Positions 42,515-56,123 of a stretch of 64,000 nucleotides of DNA are shown piece after piece; the stretch's first letter is position 1; each line of letters begins with the position of its first letter. This DNA is from Macrostomum hystrix (Eukaryota; Animalia; Platyhelminthes). The notes beneath the pieces are model-generated. The model saw only the letters and a list, made by a program, of their open reading frames with translations, searched no databases and was not told the origin of the DNA. The position numbers and the translations under genes were made by a program. The stretch covers positions 17,484,001 through 17,548,000 of the forward strand of contig CATNEN010000038.1 in the NCBI GenBank assembly GCA_950097015.1, read 5' to 3'.

Positions 42515-43873
42515 TTAGTTGGGACGCGTCCTCCCAGTAGAACCATGCCGTGACACACTGTCACCTTCGTCAAAGTCAACACTCCAGTAGCCGGAGCTTC
42601 TAGCAGTTCCAGGGGAAGAATTTTTCAGAGCTTCAGCCAACGCCAGAGCCTGTCTGGACAGCGGGGTAAGCGATGATCGAGCTGGTTGCGACACCCTGGA
42701 GTCTGGCTGATTGACACCGGCATTGCTTTGATAACAATCTGAGGGATCAGATCTAGCTGACGACGCCATGCCGACTATCTCCAATAGAGACGCGTCGAAA
42801 TCTTGCAAGCATTCCAATCTGGCGCTGTCAATGCCGCCACCCGACGATGCTGCTGGCATGACGACAGCCGAGCCGACCGCAGCTTCGGCTTGGTCTAGAT
42901 CGGCTGCGGCGGTTGTTAGACACCGCTTAGACAGCGCAGCGGTACAGTCCATGGTATCACAGCCAATGTTGGAGTGACGTCGTTTCTGATCCAACCTACT
43001 CGACGCATCATCCATCTCGAGGCTCGAGTTGTCCTCGCTGGCTGTCGCCTGCAGAAGCGCCTTGGCTAGCTGCTGATAGGCGCTGGCTAAAGGCTGAGGC
43101 ACAGTGTACCGCCTACCAGGCATAGTGGTGTCAAGACTGGCGAATTCACCTGGCTGACCGTGATCTTCAATGTTAAATACGTCGACAACTTCTAGACAGT
43201 CTATGTCTAAACTATCAACGTCTGATTGTTCGCTATCGTTGGAGCTGTCCTCTTCAGTGTAGCAAGATGGTAATTGTGGCTGCTGCTGCTGCTGCTGCTG
43301 GTGATCCAATGGCGTTGTGGGCTCGGCGTGATGGCTACCAATTGTGGGATTAGATAACGGACACTCTGAGCTAGATACGATACTAGCTGGAGCTTCTAGC
43401 TGATCTGTCATAGCTTGGAAACCGGTTGAGGCGAATAGAGAGGCCGCTTCTGCCGCGGCCGACTCAGCATCCGCCTCCAGGCTGGCTTCGTCGCCGTCTT
43501 CGCTAATGACTTCAAACACTGGCGTCTGCAGAGTTGACGCCCGCTCTTCAATAAGCTTCTTGACCACCTCCTCCTCCTCGTCCTCGTCTTCGTTATTTTC
43601 TACTCGCTTTTCTTGTTCAGCTGCTTGTTCTGATTCGGAACCAACAATACTTCTAGTAACTGCTTGGCCTCTATTATTAGTGGCTGACGACGCGCAGGTG
43701 TCCTTTCTAGGAAAGGCTTCATAATTTTCCGGATAATCATAGAACAGGCTCGGATACAGGCTATCCGCGTGGGTGATCACTTCGTCTTGGCTGGGTATTA
43801 GCTGGCCGAAATCGAAGCTAAGCGGCTCGTCCAACTGCAGCAGATCGGAAGGCGGTGAAATATGCGGCAGGGC

Positions 43874-43909
<36 letters not shown>

Positions 43910-44236
43910 ATAATAATAATAATGATTCTGCTGTTGAGCATAACCAATAGCTTGCGGCTCAAACAGCTGTTGCTGCTGCAGTTCTAGCTGCTGCTGCTGC
44001 TGCTGCTGCTGTTGGTCCTGGGAAAATTCCATACCGTCAAAGTAGCGAGCTAGCGCTAGTCTAACATAGTCGCGCATTTCTCCGGTTCGGCAGCGCGAAT
44101 TTTTGCCGCTACGCACCGGACAGTGTCGGACCCAGCGACGACTGCGGCGCCAGGTGACCTGCGTCAGGGCTGCGTCAGGGCAGGGGGCGGGGTAATATCT
44201 GCAGGGTTTCTCACAATCACATACAGTGGTATTCAT
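42515..44236 (-). CDS. Uncharacterised Q-rich, acidic, largely disordered protein (~570 aa ORF; true start or upstream exons uncertain)
   Basis: 1.7-kb stop-free non-satellite ORF with coding-like GC content and polyQ/polyE tracts; no recognisable domain; possible acceptor at 44199. Confidence 0.65.
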
Positions 44237-44284
44237 TTTATTCAATTATTTAAACTCACGACTGATTTTGTACACAATCTAGTG

Positions 44285-44990
44285 ACTGAATGACTGAAGG
44301 ATCTGGGGAGAAGGGGTAATGACTGAAGTATCTAGAGTAGAAGGGGTAATGACTGAAGTATCTAGGGTTGAAGGGGTAATGACTGAAGTATCTAGGGTAG
44401 AAGGGGTAATGACTGAAGTATATAGGGTAGAAGGGGTAATGACTGAAGTATCTAGGGTAGAAGGGGTAATGACTAAAGTATCTAGAGTAGAAGGGGTAAT
44501 GACTGAAGTATCTAGGGTAGAAGGGGTAATGACTGAAGTATCTAGGGTAGAAGGGGTAATGACTGAAGTATCTAGGGTAGAAGGGGTAATGACTAAAGTA
44601 TCTAGAGTAGAAGGGGTAATGACTGAAGTATCTAGGGTAGAAGGGGTAATGACTGAAGTATCTAGGGTAGAAGAGGTAATGACTGAAGTATCTAGGGTAG
44701 AAGGGGTAATGACTGAAGGATCTAGGGGAGAAGAGGCAATGACTGAAGGATCTATGGAAGAAGGGATAATGACTGAAGTATCTAGGAGAGAAAGGGGTAA
44801 TGACTGAAGTATCTGGGGCAGAAGGGGTAATGACTGAAGTATCTGGGGCAGAAGGGGTAATGACTGAAGTATCTGGGGGAGAAGGGTAATGACTGAAGTA
44901 TCTGGGGGAGAAGGGGTAATGACTGAAGTATCTGGGGGAGAAGGGTAATGACTGAAGTATCTGGGGGAGAAGGGGTAATAACAGAAGGAC
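44285..44990. repeat. 30-bp minisatellite (aaggggtaatgactgaagtatctagggtag)
   Basis: About 23 units. Confidence 0.95.
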
Positions 44991-46124
44991 CTGGGGGAGA
45001 ATGGATAATGATTTTAGGATCTCGAGGAAAGGGTGTGGAGCAGGAAATTTTTGATGCACTCACTAGCAAGTAATTAAACACGCTAAAATAAACTTAGGTG
45101 GGAAATAAAAGCATGCAAACAACAATAAAAACTATATATCGTACAATCACGATCACAAAAAAGTTACTTACAAAGAAAGCACTGCTTAGACGATAAGAGA
45201 TTTAAAATGTGCCCTTACTGATTTGTTATTAGGAAGAATAGATGCGAAACATATAGCCTAGTAATCTTACCTGTAGGAGTGCCTGACGGCCAGCTGTATC
45301 CTAAATATGTGTATCTCAGCTCCATTCGTGCTCAAACAGTGATGCGGGGGGGGGTTGAGTGAGCGATCGAAGCTGCTTTTCATTGGCTTTGAAAAAGAAT
45401 AATAATAGGGACACAGCACAGGGCCTGTGCTGGTTGAGACCGCGAGACAAACAGAGTGAACACCCTATCCGCCTTGCCCGTTGAGTCCTCAGCAGGAGTA
45501 CACGCGCCCACCCCTTGCTCGCCTCAATCCCCAACATTCTGTCCCCTGCAAAAAAGGCTCAAAGCACAGCAGTGCAATGGACGGTAGCTAAGGAGAGCGG
45601 CTGGAAAACACAACCTAAACATATAGCCTAAAACTGTTGCAGCGAGGGTTAGGGTTATGACAACTCTCCTCAAAATCTCTATCCAAACTGTCTTCCGCTT
45701 CTCCTCACTAAACTCACACCGATGCTCAAAAATTCTAGAAAAATTCCTAGACTGAATGGCCAAACGGTATAAACCAATGTGACTGAGAACAAACCCAGAT
45801 AAATGTAGATACATAAGTCAATGCTTAACAGTAACTGTGTGAGCTCGAAATTTAATGATTTATTGCACACCCCATTTTCTTGTGCATTTGCAATGCGACT
45901 TCTTTATAACCTTATTTTTTTAATTCTAATTTTTTTACGAGTTCCGCACAGTTCGTTTGAATACAGAAATCGATCATATCTGTGTTACTCTCTCTTTTTC
46001 GAATTTCAACTCATTTAAAAAGAAATAAAAATCAGTAAAGGAAAATATATATGAAGCGTTTACAACAGAAAATACAGGATGTTGCTTTAATTAAAAGCAT
46101 TGATTAGAAGTGCAAGGTAATGGC

Positions 46125-47180
46125 TTATGGCCTAAAGGATCTGAGGAAAAGGGGAGAATGACTGATGGCCTGAAGGATCTGAGGAAAAGGGGAGAATGAC
46201 TGATGGCCTGAAGGATCTGAGGGAAAGGGGAGAATGACTGATGGCCTGAAGGATCTGAGGAAAAGGGGAGAATGACTGATGGCCTGAAGGATCTGAGGAA
46301 AAGGGGAGAATGACTGATGGCCTGAAGGATCTGAGGGAAAGGGGAGAATGACTGATGGCCTGAAGGATCTGAGGAAAAGGGGAGAATGACTGATGGCCTG
46401 AAGGATCTGAGGAAAAGGGGAGAATGACTGATGGCCTGAAGGATCTGAGGGAAAGGGGAGAATGAATGATAGCCTGAAGGATCTGAGGAAAAGGGGAGAA
46501 TGACTGATGGCCTGAAGGATCTGAGGAAAAGGGGAGAATGACTGATGGCCTGAAGGATCTGAGGAAAAGGGGAGAATGACTGATGGCCTGAAGGATCTGA
46601 GAAAAAGGGGAGAATGACTGATGGCCTGAAGGATCTGAGGAAAAGGGGAGAATGACTGATGGCCTGAAGGATCTGAGGAAAAGGGGAGAATGACTGATGG
46701 CCTGAAGGATCTGAGGAAAAGGGGAGAATGACTGATGGCCTGAAGGATCTGAGGAAAAGGGGAGAATGACTGATGGCCTGAAGGATCTGAGAAAAAGGGG
46801 AGAATGACTGATGGCCTGAAGGATCTGAGGAAAAGGGGAGAATGACTGATGGCCTGAAGGATCTGAGGAAAAGGGGAGAATGACTGATGGCCTGAAGGAT
46901 CTGAGGGAAAGGGGAGAATGACTGATGGCCTGAAGGATCTGAGGAAAAAGGGAGAATGACTGATGGCCTGAAGGATCTGAGGAAAAGGGGAGAATGACTG
47001 ATGGCCTGAAGGATCTGAGGAAAAGGGGAGAATGAATGATGGCCTGAAGGATCTGAGGAAAAGGGGAGAATGACTGATGGCCTGAAGGATCTGAGGAAAA
47101 GGGGAGAATGAATGATGGCCTGAAGAATCTGAGGAAAAGGGGAGAATGACTGATGGCCTGAAGGATCTGAGGAAAAGGAT
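46125..47180. repeat. 38-bp minisatellite (aaggggagaatgactgatggcctgaaggatctgaggaa)
   Basis: About 27 units. Confidence 0.96.
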
Positions 47181-48114
47181 CGTATATATAGCAGGTAGCA
47201 CTGATTATAACCGAGTTGTGAAACTACTCTAAGTTATGCATAAAAAATAAAATACACAATGAAGATGCACTCTATCGGAAACAACAAAATTAGTTTTAGT
47301 CATGCAAAAGCTTGGCAGCGACCAGCTTCACTTTAGCTAGTGACGTCTTACCTTTACCGGTGTCCTGCAAAAAACATTAGATTTTTATATAAATTTACAC
47401 TCTAGCATTTACCATTTACCATCATTTTTATTTAATTTTTGCTTATCGAATAAAACTTCCATAATACCCTTTAGGTAAGTGAAGGAAAAAATTGTATGAA
47501 TGCGCAGAGGCGTTAACTGCTGCTGCTGCCGAAACAAAAAAACCCATAGAACTCATTGGTGAAAAATGCTTTTTAAGGGATGAAGGGGAAAATAGATGCC
47601 TAGGTAGGCCGAGTGCTAGAATAAAAAAAGCTCATTTCAACAGACAGTCTACAATAGCCAGGTGGATATGTAGACAAAGGGGATAGGAAGAGACAGAAGG
47701 GGAAAACTAGAGCCCTTCATGCGCATTGCGGGAAGGGATGTCAATGCTAACTAGGCGCATTCCATAAGCTGAATAGCTCTAGGGCATTGTTGATACACAC
47801 ACACACACCAAAGGCTGTAATGACATGTGTGTGAGGTCTATACACACACGGCATGCAGCTCACAGACTACAGGATTGAAAAGAATGAGTGGTTGAGCAAA
47901 TCAACTATAATGAATGGCGCAATACTAAATAGCTGAATAAAATGCATTTTTGCACTTTTCATATTCTATTCATTTCCATATAACTGCCTCAGAAAACATT
48001 TGAAAGCCGTTTTCTGTTTGTTTTTGTTGTGTCAATACAACATTGACATTGAGGGGTGGCATTCGCTTATTGATCAAGAATCAACAGATCCATCAATTAT
48101 AGAGCGGCTATTAA

Positions 48115-50081
48115 CCCTAAGACTGCGGATGGCCCTATATCTATGGCCCGCGGCTCAAATAGCTACTGAGTGGCGCTAACTTACTGAACAGTTTGTAGTT
48201 TGCGGATATGGCCTGCAAAGCAGGTCACACATTTCGTATTTTTCAGGATGACTTGTTTTAGACCACTTTGGCAATAGTAAGTACGAGTATAAAATAGCAA
48301 TAGAGATCATGTAGTGAAGAACGGTAAACTAGACAAATCAGTAATAGCAGTTGGTAAGCAGTGTTTAACAAACACAGAAAACAGTAATCAATACATTCTA
48401 AGCTTAATTTTTTTTAGTTTTAGGGTTCCGAATAAGCGATTCGAGAGCAGCAGTAAGCAATAGAGCTGAAGGCGCATATTGACATGCACAACCTACGAGT
48501 ATAAGGTAGTATGACACAATATTTTTCATTTTTATAACCAATAACTGTAATGGCGAGACGAGATGGTAGAGCAATGAAATGAACAGGTACAGTTACTCAT
48601 TCAAGATTGATTTTAAAAACTGTTTTCGAGTTAGTTTTCTTGTTAATCATTACGATTTTCAATTACTCGTATTTAGAGCTAACGCTGCCAAAAAAGTAAG
48701 TTCTGTTATAAAAGTTATAAAACTTGACGGCCAGGATGTTGCCGTTCCGCATAGCAGGCACAGCCAATTCTTTTAGTGCATCCGGGACACCGCGGTTTGC
48801 ACGCACGGTGCACGTAAGCAGGGTCCAACACTGCAACAAGTAGGCTGCAAGGCGAACTGATCCGAACCAGCTGTCGCAGAACACATGGTATCCAACGTCG
48901 AGAACATACCTACATGACTCAACCAACACCCTTTGACTCAGTGAGAGTCCATCGCAATCTAGATCTTGTCCAAACTTTTCGTTCTCCGCCCTGCTCGAAT
49001 GCACAAGAAAATTGCTAACGTAGCCTGTTCTCGCCTCGCACAGGCAGTAAATCTTTATTCCATACCGCGCCTTCTTGGCAGGCATATACTGGCGAAACAA
49101 TACGCGCCCTCTAAAGAGCACAAGCTCCTCGTATGCACTGAGCTCCTTTCCAGGCATGTAAACACGCCGACAAATTTCAGAAACGATGCTGATGAAGGGT
49201 CTCACCTTTGCCAGGGGGTCCGACGCATCAAAGTTGTTGCAATCGTAGAAACGAAGCAAACTGCTGATTTGTTGATAACAGTCTCTGGGCAAGCAAACAG
49301 GTTGTTGAAAGAGTGGTGTTGCATAACTCTTTTTTAACCAGTAGTGGGTCACCTCCGGCTTCTTGATGACTCCCATGCATAGTGACATGGCGATAAACTT
49401 TGTCATGTCGTTAGCGGTGACGTCTTTCCATGTCGAGAATCGCCACGGCAAGGAATTCAGATCATCTTGCAGTTCCTGGAATTTTCGCCATGCACGCGCA
49501 TTCGTCCATTCGCACAGGCTTTGCAGCAACTCAGCAGTGACGAACATTCGACTAAAGGCCACTGGATCGTCGTACGCATTTTCGGGTAGCACCAAGCCGG
49601 GGGCAGGACCTGGCGTGCCCGAAAACGCGGGATTTGGGTCCGGCTTCTGGTCATGGCCTGGCTCGCAGTGAACCCACCCATCAGTTTCAGCAGCTTCTGG
49701 TAGAAGCTGCGCTTCGTCTTGAACGAACTCAGTTTCGTGGTGATCGTCATCATCATCTGTAAACATATCACTCTCTTCCCAAGAAGTCTTACTGCCTGTG
49801 TCAGGATCGAATTGTGCAGCTGCGGCAGCCATGACTATTAAAAAGTCCAAAAAAATTTTTCTGTCAATAACCTTCATTTTCTCTCGGCAATGAAAAAACT
49901 GTACAAACGTACATGCAACGTACATTACTTTTAAAAAATATTATACCATAGAATATTTGGTTTGAGCTGCTACCGCAAACTACGGGTCTGGCTTTTAAAT
50001 TTAAAAGTTGTCTATGGCCTGTAGTGCAGGCCATCCAGCAAACTACGTTTAAACCGTGCAGTAGACAACGCAGTCTAAGAG
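48115..50081 (-). mobile_element. Defective piggyBac transposon
   Basis: TTAA TSD at 48111-48114 and 50082-50085. TIR CCCTAAGACTGCG vs CTCTTAGACTGCG (11/13). Subterminal inverted repeats (gtagtttgc...tggcctgca). Confidence 0.88.
48663..49832 (-). pseudogene. piggyBac transposase (DDE_Tnp_1_7), C-terminally deleted, first catalytic Asp replaced
   Basis: DPLAKVRPFI, ELSAYEELVLFRGR (D replaced by Y relative to SIDESM..FKGR), RQYMPAKKARYGIKIY, FCDSWFGS, CTVRANR; no GGVD third-Asp motif or Cys-rich tail. Confidence 0.85.
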
Positions 50082-50592
50082 TTAAAGGGCGAGTTCATTG
50101 AGTAGCTATGAATGAATGTACGAGTAAATAATTTGGCTAAGTTAGAAAGCCAATTATATGTATCAAACAAATTTTTCACCTGTGAGCAACCTAGCATTAA
50201 CACGGCACCTCTATTGTAAACGTCATGAATCGTATGGGGTAGCGTTGCTAGTCTTATATACTATTTTTATTTTTTTCAGATCTCCTAAAATATTAAAACA
50301 ATTGCAACAAAATTCAGAACACGGGCTAAAATTTCCCGCTCTATTCGATAAAACTACTTCCAGAATCACAAAACATGGGCATCGTAGAGATATTCAACGA
50401 TTCTCGAAGATCTCGACGATGCTGACTCGGACGGCTTTGAAAGTTAGTTCATCGTAAAAGGTGGAAACATTTAATCCATAAAAAATTGCTGTGTTTGTGA
50501 ATATGGTGGACTTTCACGAAAATTGGTCTTTCGGTTTGTGAGCCATTGCAAAGTAGGCAGTGAGTATTTGAAAAATACCCATGGGAAAAATA

Positions 50593-52178
50593 TCGGTCCT
50601 ATCGGTCCTAATTTCAATATCGGTCCTATCACGCCCTCCGAGGTTCGCAACACGCTTAAAAGCATGAAGCCTGATGCTGCGCCTGGTGTCGATGGGGTGC
50701 CTCCCAGGGTCCTCAGACTTCCAGAGCTTACTTCGGTGATCACCACGCTCCTCAACAAATATTCCGTTCTTGGAGGCGACGCCGGCGCCGAGGCTCCCTG
50801 CATCTGGCGCACCTCTAAGATTGTCTCAATTCCAAAGAAGGGCCTGTCCACCTGCCTGGACAACCAGAGGGGCATCGCTCTGGAGTGTACCCTGCCAAAA
50901 CTCCTCAATTCGATCCTGAGGAACAGACTGCTGCCGATCATCAACCCGCTTCTGCTGGGCGCTCAGAGTGGATTCCGCCCTGGCAGATCTACTGTTGAGC
51001 AAATAGCCACCGTCCGCTGCATCATCGAGTCCTGCATAACGCGGCAAAAGTCGGTTACCATCGTGTTCGTCGACTTTCGCAAAGCCTTTGACTCGGTCAG
51101 TCGAGCTGCCATCGAGTGGCTCCTCTCTTACTACGGTGTTCCACCAACTCTAGTGACGGCAATCATGGACCTCTACTCCGACACCCGCGCTTTTGTCGAG
51201 ATGAGAAAGGATGTCACCGAGACCTTCACTACCAGCTCCGGCGTTCTCCAAGGAGATACCCTAGCCCCTTTCATATTCATCATTATCATTGATTATGTCC
51301 TTCGCCGTTCCCTCTCTGAAGACGAAGCCTATGTTGTTGTCCGCCGCCGCAGCTCGCGTCACCCTGAGACCACGCTGGCTGCCCTCGCTTTTGCCGACGA
51401 CATCGCCCTGGTGTGCAGAGACCCTTCGGCCGCTCAGTCAGCGCTCAACAGAATCTGCGAGGAAGGTGCCAGAGTCGGCCTCGAAGTGAACGCTCGCAAG
51501 ACCGAGGTGCTCCACGTCGGCATCAGCGACCCGGCTCCTCTTACCCTTGCAAACGGTGACGAAATCTCTGTCTGCTCGGATTTTCGGTACCTCGGCTCGC
51601 TGGTGGTCTCTCCGGAGGACATCGTCGCCGATCGTCGTGCGCAAGCCTGGAGAGCTGCTCGACAGCTGAGCCCCATCTTCTGCTCGCCCGTGCCTGACCA
51701 ACTCAAAATCCGGATTTTTCGTGCTGCCGTAGAGCCGATATTCCTTTATGGCTTGGAGGCTCTCCCAATCACGGAATCTCGCAAGCGGGCTCTCGACGCC
51801 ACTTTCAGAGCCTTCCTGCGTTTCGCTCTGGACGTACGCTACCCCGAAAGGCTGTCAAACCGTGCGCTCGCTGCTCGCTCCTGCGTCCCGCCGGTGAGCT
51901 CCATACTCAGGGCGCGGAGACAGCGGCTTCTCGGCCACGTGTTACGCAGCTACGGACGCGGAGAAACCAACCCCCTTGCGATCGTTGTGCTAAATCCGCC
52001 AAGCGATCCTTTTCGACGCGGACATGCGCGCACTGAAACTCTCTTAAAGACCTTCACTAATGACCTACAGGCCATCAACCTCACTCCGCTTGAGGCTACT
52101 TCCTGCCCCTCTGAGCTTTTTCGCGAGCGTGTGAGCGCTAAGGGTCTCTGACTCTTCAGCGTCTTAATAATAATAATA
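50593..52178 (+). mobile_element. 5'-truncated non-LTR retrotransposon (RTE-like) with an uninterrupted RT ORF to 52151
   Basis: RT motifs IPKKG, QSGFRPGRST, FVDFRKAFDSV, GVLQGDTLAP, FADD, FRYLGS. Very short 3'UTR with (TAA)n tail. 12-bp TSD ATGGGAAAAATA at 50581-50592 and 52179-52190. Confidence 0.92.
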
Positions 52179-52769
52179 ATGGGAAAAATAGCGTGTTTAA
52201 CAGGATTCAATTTGCTACTGCTTATATACTAAAATATAATGATAGCTATTTTAATAAAATTAGTATACAATGTACATGTACTCTTGTAGGATCGAGGCTT
52301 CTTCCCCTTGGGCTGAGATTCGAACTTCCGACCGCTCAGTCAAATGTCCGAAGCTCCAAATATTGGACTACAACCTCCCTAATCCCCATTGATAATTTTT
52401 TAATGTTCAAACTTCGTTCGCAAGGATTTTTTACAATAGATGATTTAACAATCAACTTATAAGTCATCAACTTACGATGCTTTAGAACTTGAGTTTCCCA
52501 ATGTCGTATTACCAAATCTGTGAGGCTCTCCAAGTGTCTGGCCGATGGCGCATTGAGCGAAGCGATAGTAGCTTGATTGCCTTCTAAGCCGGAGAAAAGA
52601 TTTATTCTGCTTATTGTATAATGTAGCGGTCGCAGGCAGCCGAAATGATACTGAAGCTGCTGCTTGGCAGTTTTCGATGATTTCTGACTAACTGAAACTG
52701 TATTTCAAGCGATAAAATATTATATTACAATTTTAAAAGCCTTTTATGCGCTTAGATATACGCTCGAAC

Positions 52770-53020
52770 ATAATAATAATAACTGGTTACACCCGCCCCA
52801 GTTGGGCCAGAGGTCCACCCGACAGCACAACCACCACAACTGTTCAGTCCATGGACTGGGAGGACGCCAATTAACCCAGCTAATGCTGGTACCCATTTAA
52901 TAGCTGGGTGAACTGAAGCAACGCAGAGTTATGTGTCCTGCTAAAGGAAACCAATTGTTGTCGGGAATCGTACCCCCGACCTTCAAGTCGTGAGTTTGAC
53001 GCTCCAACCACAAGGCTAAA
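52770..53020 (-). mobile_element. tRNA-derived SINE family B
   Basis: Minus strand: TAGCCTTGTGG (A box-like), GGTACGATTCC (B box-like), central TTCAGTTCACCCAGCT...AAATGGGTACC block, (TTA)n tail; further fragments at ~24940, ~39400 and ~53070. Confidence 0.7.
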
Positions 53021-53520
53021 ACCTTAGATAGATAGGTAGATAGATTGTAGATAGGTACATAGATTGGTACACACAACCCAGTTAAGCCAGATGCACAGCC
53101 AGTGGAACAGCCGGTGTTCTAGCACGGCACTCCAAAAAGGTTGTATACAGCTACTCAGTCTATTCGAGTGGTTAGGTAATCCATTAGGTAAATTAAAGCA
53201 TTATGAGAATTAAGTGTCTATCTCATAGATAGTGTCCAAAGAGCTCAACCTTGAAACTCGACCATGCTTCTCCGAAACTGATTTGATAATCGCGCTCGAA
53301 AATCGATAGTCAGTGTACTTAAACTTCGATCAAATCCGTTGGCGGTGTTGCCGCCTCTAGCTGGTGCCACATGGCCAAAATTAGTCAGGCTAAGCTGCAG
53401 CCAGCGCACTTTCCTTGCCACGCGCAGCAAGTCATGGCAGGGCTGCCGAATCAGCTCATCTAAAAGGTTTGGGAAGCTTTATTTTGAACATAGCGTCTCA
53501 AAAACCTTGCTGTACTCGAC

Positions 53521-53712
53521 CATATCACACCTGACATTAACCCTCTGGAGAATATCACACCTGACATTAACCCTCTGGAGAATATCACACCTGACATTAA
53601 CCCTCTGGAGAATATCACACCTGACATTAACCCTCTGGAGAATATCACACCTGACATTAACCCGATGGAGAATATCACACTTGACATCGACTCACTGGAC
53701 AATATCACAGCT
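53521..53712. repeat. 30-bp minisatellite (atatcacacctgacattaaccctctggaga)
   Basis: About 6 units. Confidence 0.92.
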
Positions 53713-56123
53713 GGTATTTCTTAAATATATGACGACATAAACAAATATGTCTTTAGTCCTCTTTCTTTTTAAGCTTCAAAGTCTTAAGAAGCTGCACTCT
53801 AGAAGTGCAGTATTATCATGTATAGTGAATCGGAAAACAGACTATATTTATTTGTGCACGCACAAGGCCAGACAGAACAGAATGATGGCTTCACAAAAAA
53901 TGTATCATAAAGACTGCCGTGCCCAGAAGCCTAGCAACTCTGTTCGACACAAGCGTAGTCTGCAAAATGGCTAGCTATGTATCATTACAAGATCGTAACA
54001 TGATTGAAAAAGATAAGGTGAAAAACCTTACGGCCCATGGCGAAGCGGAAACGAACTATTTTCACTGCACAAAGAATAACTCCAATATTTGGTACTCACT
54101 ACTTAAAGTTTTTGTTAAGTAGTCATTAGAAGACAAAAATTGTTTATTCATAAAAATTCACAGCTAGCAGATTCTCGTCCTTCCATGGGTCACAGCTTTG
54201 AACTTCATTTTGTTTAGTAGGTCGCAGATTTTCCTTTGCTAATACGAGGTACCATGAATAAAACATTGCTAAATTAATGATAAAAAAATACTTACAAGAA
54301 GATATTGGCCAGTTTGTCTTTCGAAATTTTTCTAAGCATCGCGCCTCGGTTCTATCAATTCTTGACTTAAACACTGTTTCCACTAGTTTGCCTGGAAAAT
54401 AATAGAATTTTCAATTACTTATTCTGAAATTTGTCAATTACACATGCTACAGAGACTAACTTACACTTATTTGTCCATTCTTCAGTTGAATCAATGGAAG
54501 CACTTTGGCTATGCTGTTCTGATGCCGAAGGATTTATCATTATTTGAAAAGAAGTTAGCTGATCTTAATTGTACTTTGTTAATATATATCTGAAAAATGT
54601 ATATGAAAATCAATAAATATTCTAATATATTTGTGGTGATTTTTGGACTGGTAAGAAATGCCATAAACTGCATAGCACATGACTTGAATATTAAATTCCT
54701 TAATTCTTAATGCTTAATTATTTAGTAATCATAATCTTTATTCATTTTTTCTTAATTATCATATCATATTATTTTATTATAAAGGTTTTTGCTATAATAT
54801 CATAATAACCATAATTATAATTATGCCACTTTTATGTACAAGTTATGACCAAGAAAAAATAATAAATATATAGCTACAACCTATAAACAATATAAACAAG
54901 GGCCTAATGTACATCACCAAGACTTGTAGCCCTAGAACACCATTTTGTTGTAATCTCTATGTCTCTCTCTCTCCAAAGCTCACGGCAGTTTTTACCCAAC
55001 CTTTAGGCACTAGTAAGAGTTCTGTGATAGCATGATGAATATGATAGAGAAAATAGTTATTGTTTATTTGTTGTAATGAGGTTAGAATTAGATTTATGAA
55101 AAATCTGTCATCAGCCTCACAGTCTTTTAAATTAGCTGCTGTTGTTGTCATAGCACTGAGACTGCTCTTTTTGCTGCCTTACATTTGCCTATTTAAACCA
55201 CCCTAGTTATGTTGCCTGAGCAATTTTACTTCTGAATAGCTGCTCCAACTTAAATTTGTGCCCTAATGGAGTGAATTTAAATAAGCTGCAGACACTCCTG
55301 CTAGGTGCGCAGGTGCGCAGTTGTTTTCAAGAAAAAGAGCACAAATCCGCAATTGCTATATATCTTCAGTCTGACTCAATGTAGTAATTTATTTCACGAA
55401 AAAATGTTGAAAGACCTTTTTTTGATCTCCATAGTGTATTTCTATAATTAGAACAGCTAAGGTTGTCTTTTCGCACTTGGGCCCTGCAGTGCATGTATTC
55501 GTGTAGGGGCATAAGGGCGCACTGTTTGTTATAAATCTACATACTTACGACAACTTTACACACACAAGGTGTAGCTGCATGGACAGGCATTTCTTTCTGC
55601 GCAGCCACGCAGGCAATTTTTCACAAGCACGCCGGACGCTGTCTCCATTGGCTCCAATAGGGATTTTTTGTGAACCTTCCTTTCTATCTACCTTCCTCAC
55701 ATTGCTGATTGGAAATCATTTACATTGATATAAATAAGAATTCTTAAATTTTTGCAAACAATTTTCTGCTTCTTCAGCTTTCATTTTACCTACAAAAGCT
55801 ATGTAGCTTTGTATGCACCCTGCATCTGTTTTAGCTTTGTAGACCAACAAACCAGTTAGGCATACCCTAGGGCCTATACTCTATAGCTCAATATGTTAGA
55901 CATTTAAAATGTAGCTATTAACAAAAAATATTAGCTAGGGCCTAGTCATATCCATATCTATAGGCTAGCTATGTATCTAGCTATATATGCTTATTTAGAC
56001 CTAGCTAGCTACTCTAACATTCTTTTGGATGACAATCATTCTTTAAAATACTTTTTTGACTGGCAATTACCTTTAAAATTTGTCTGTGGTGCTTTAACAA
56101 TCATAGTTAGTTAAACACTAGAT

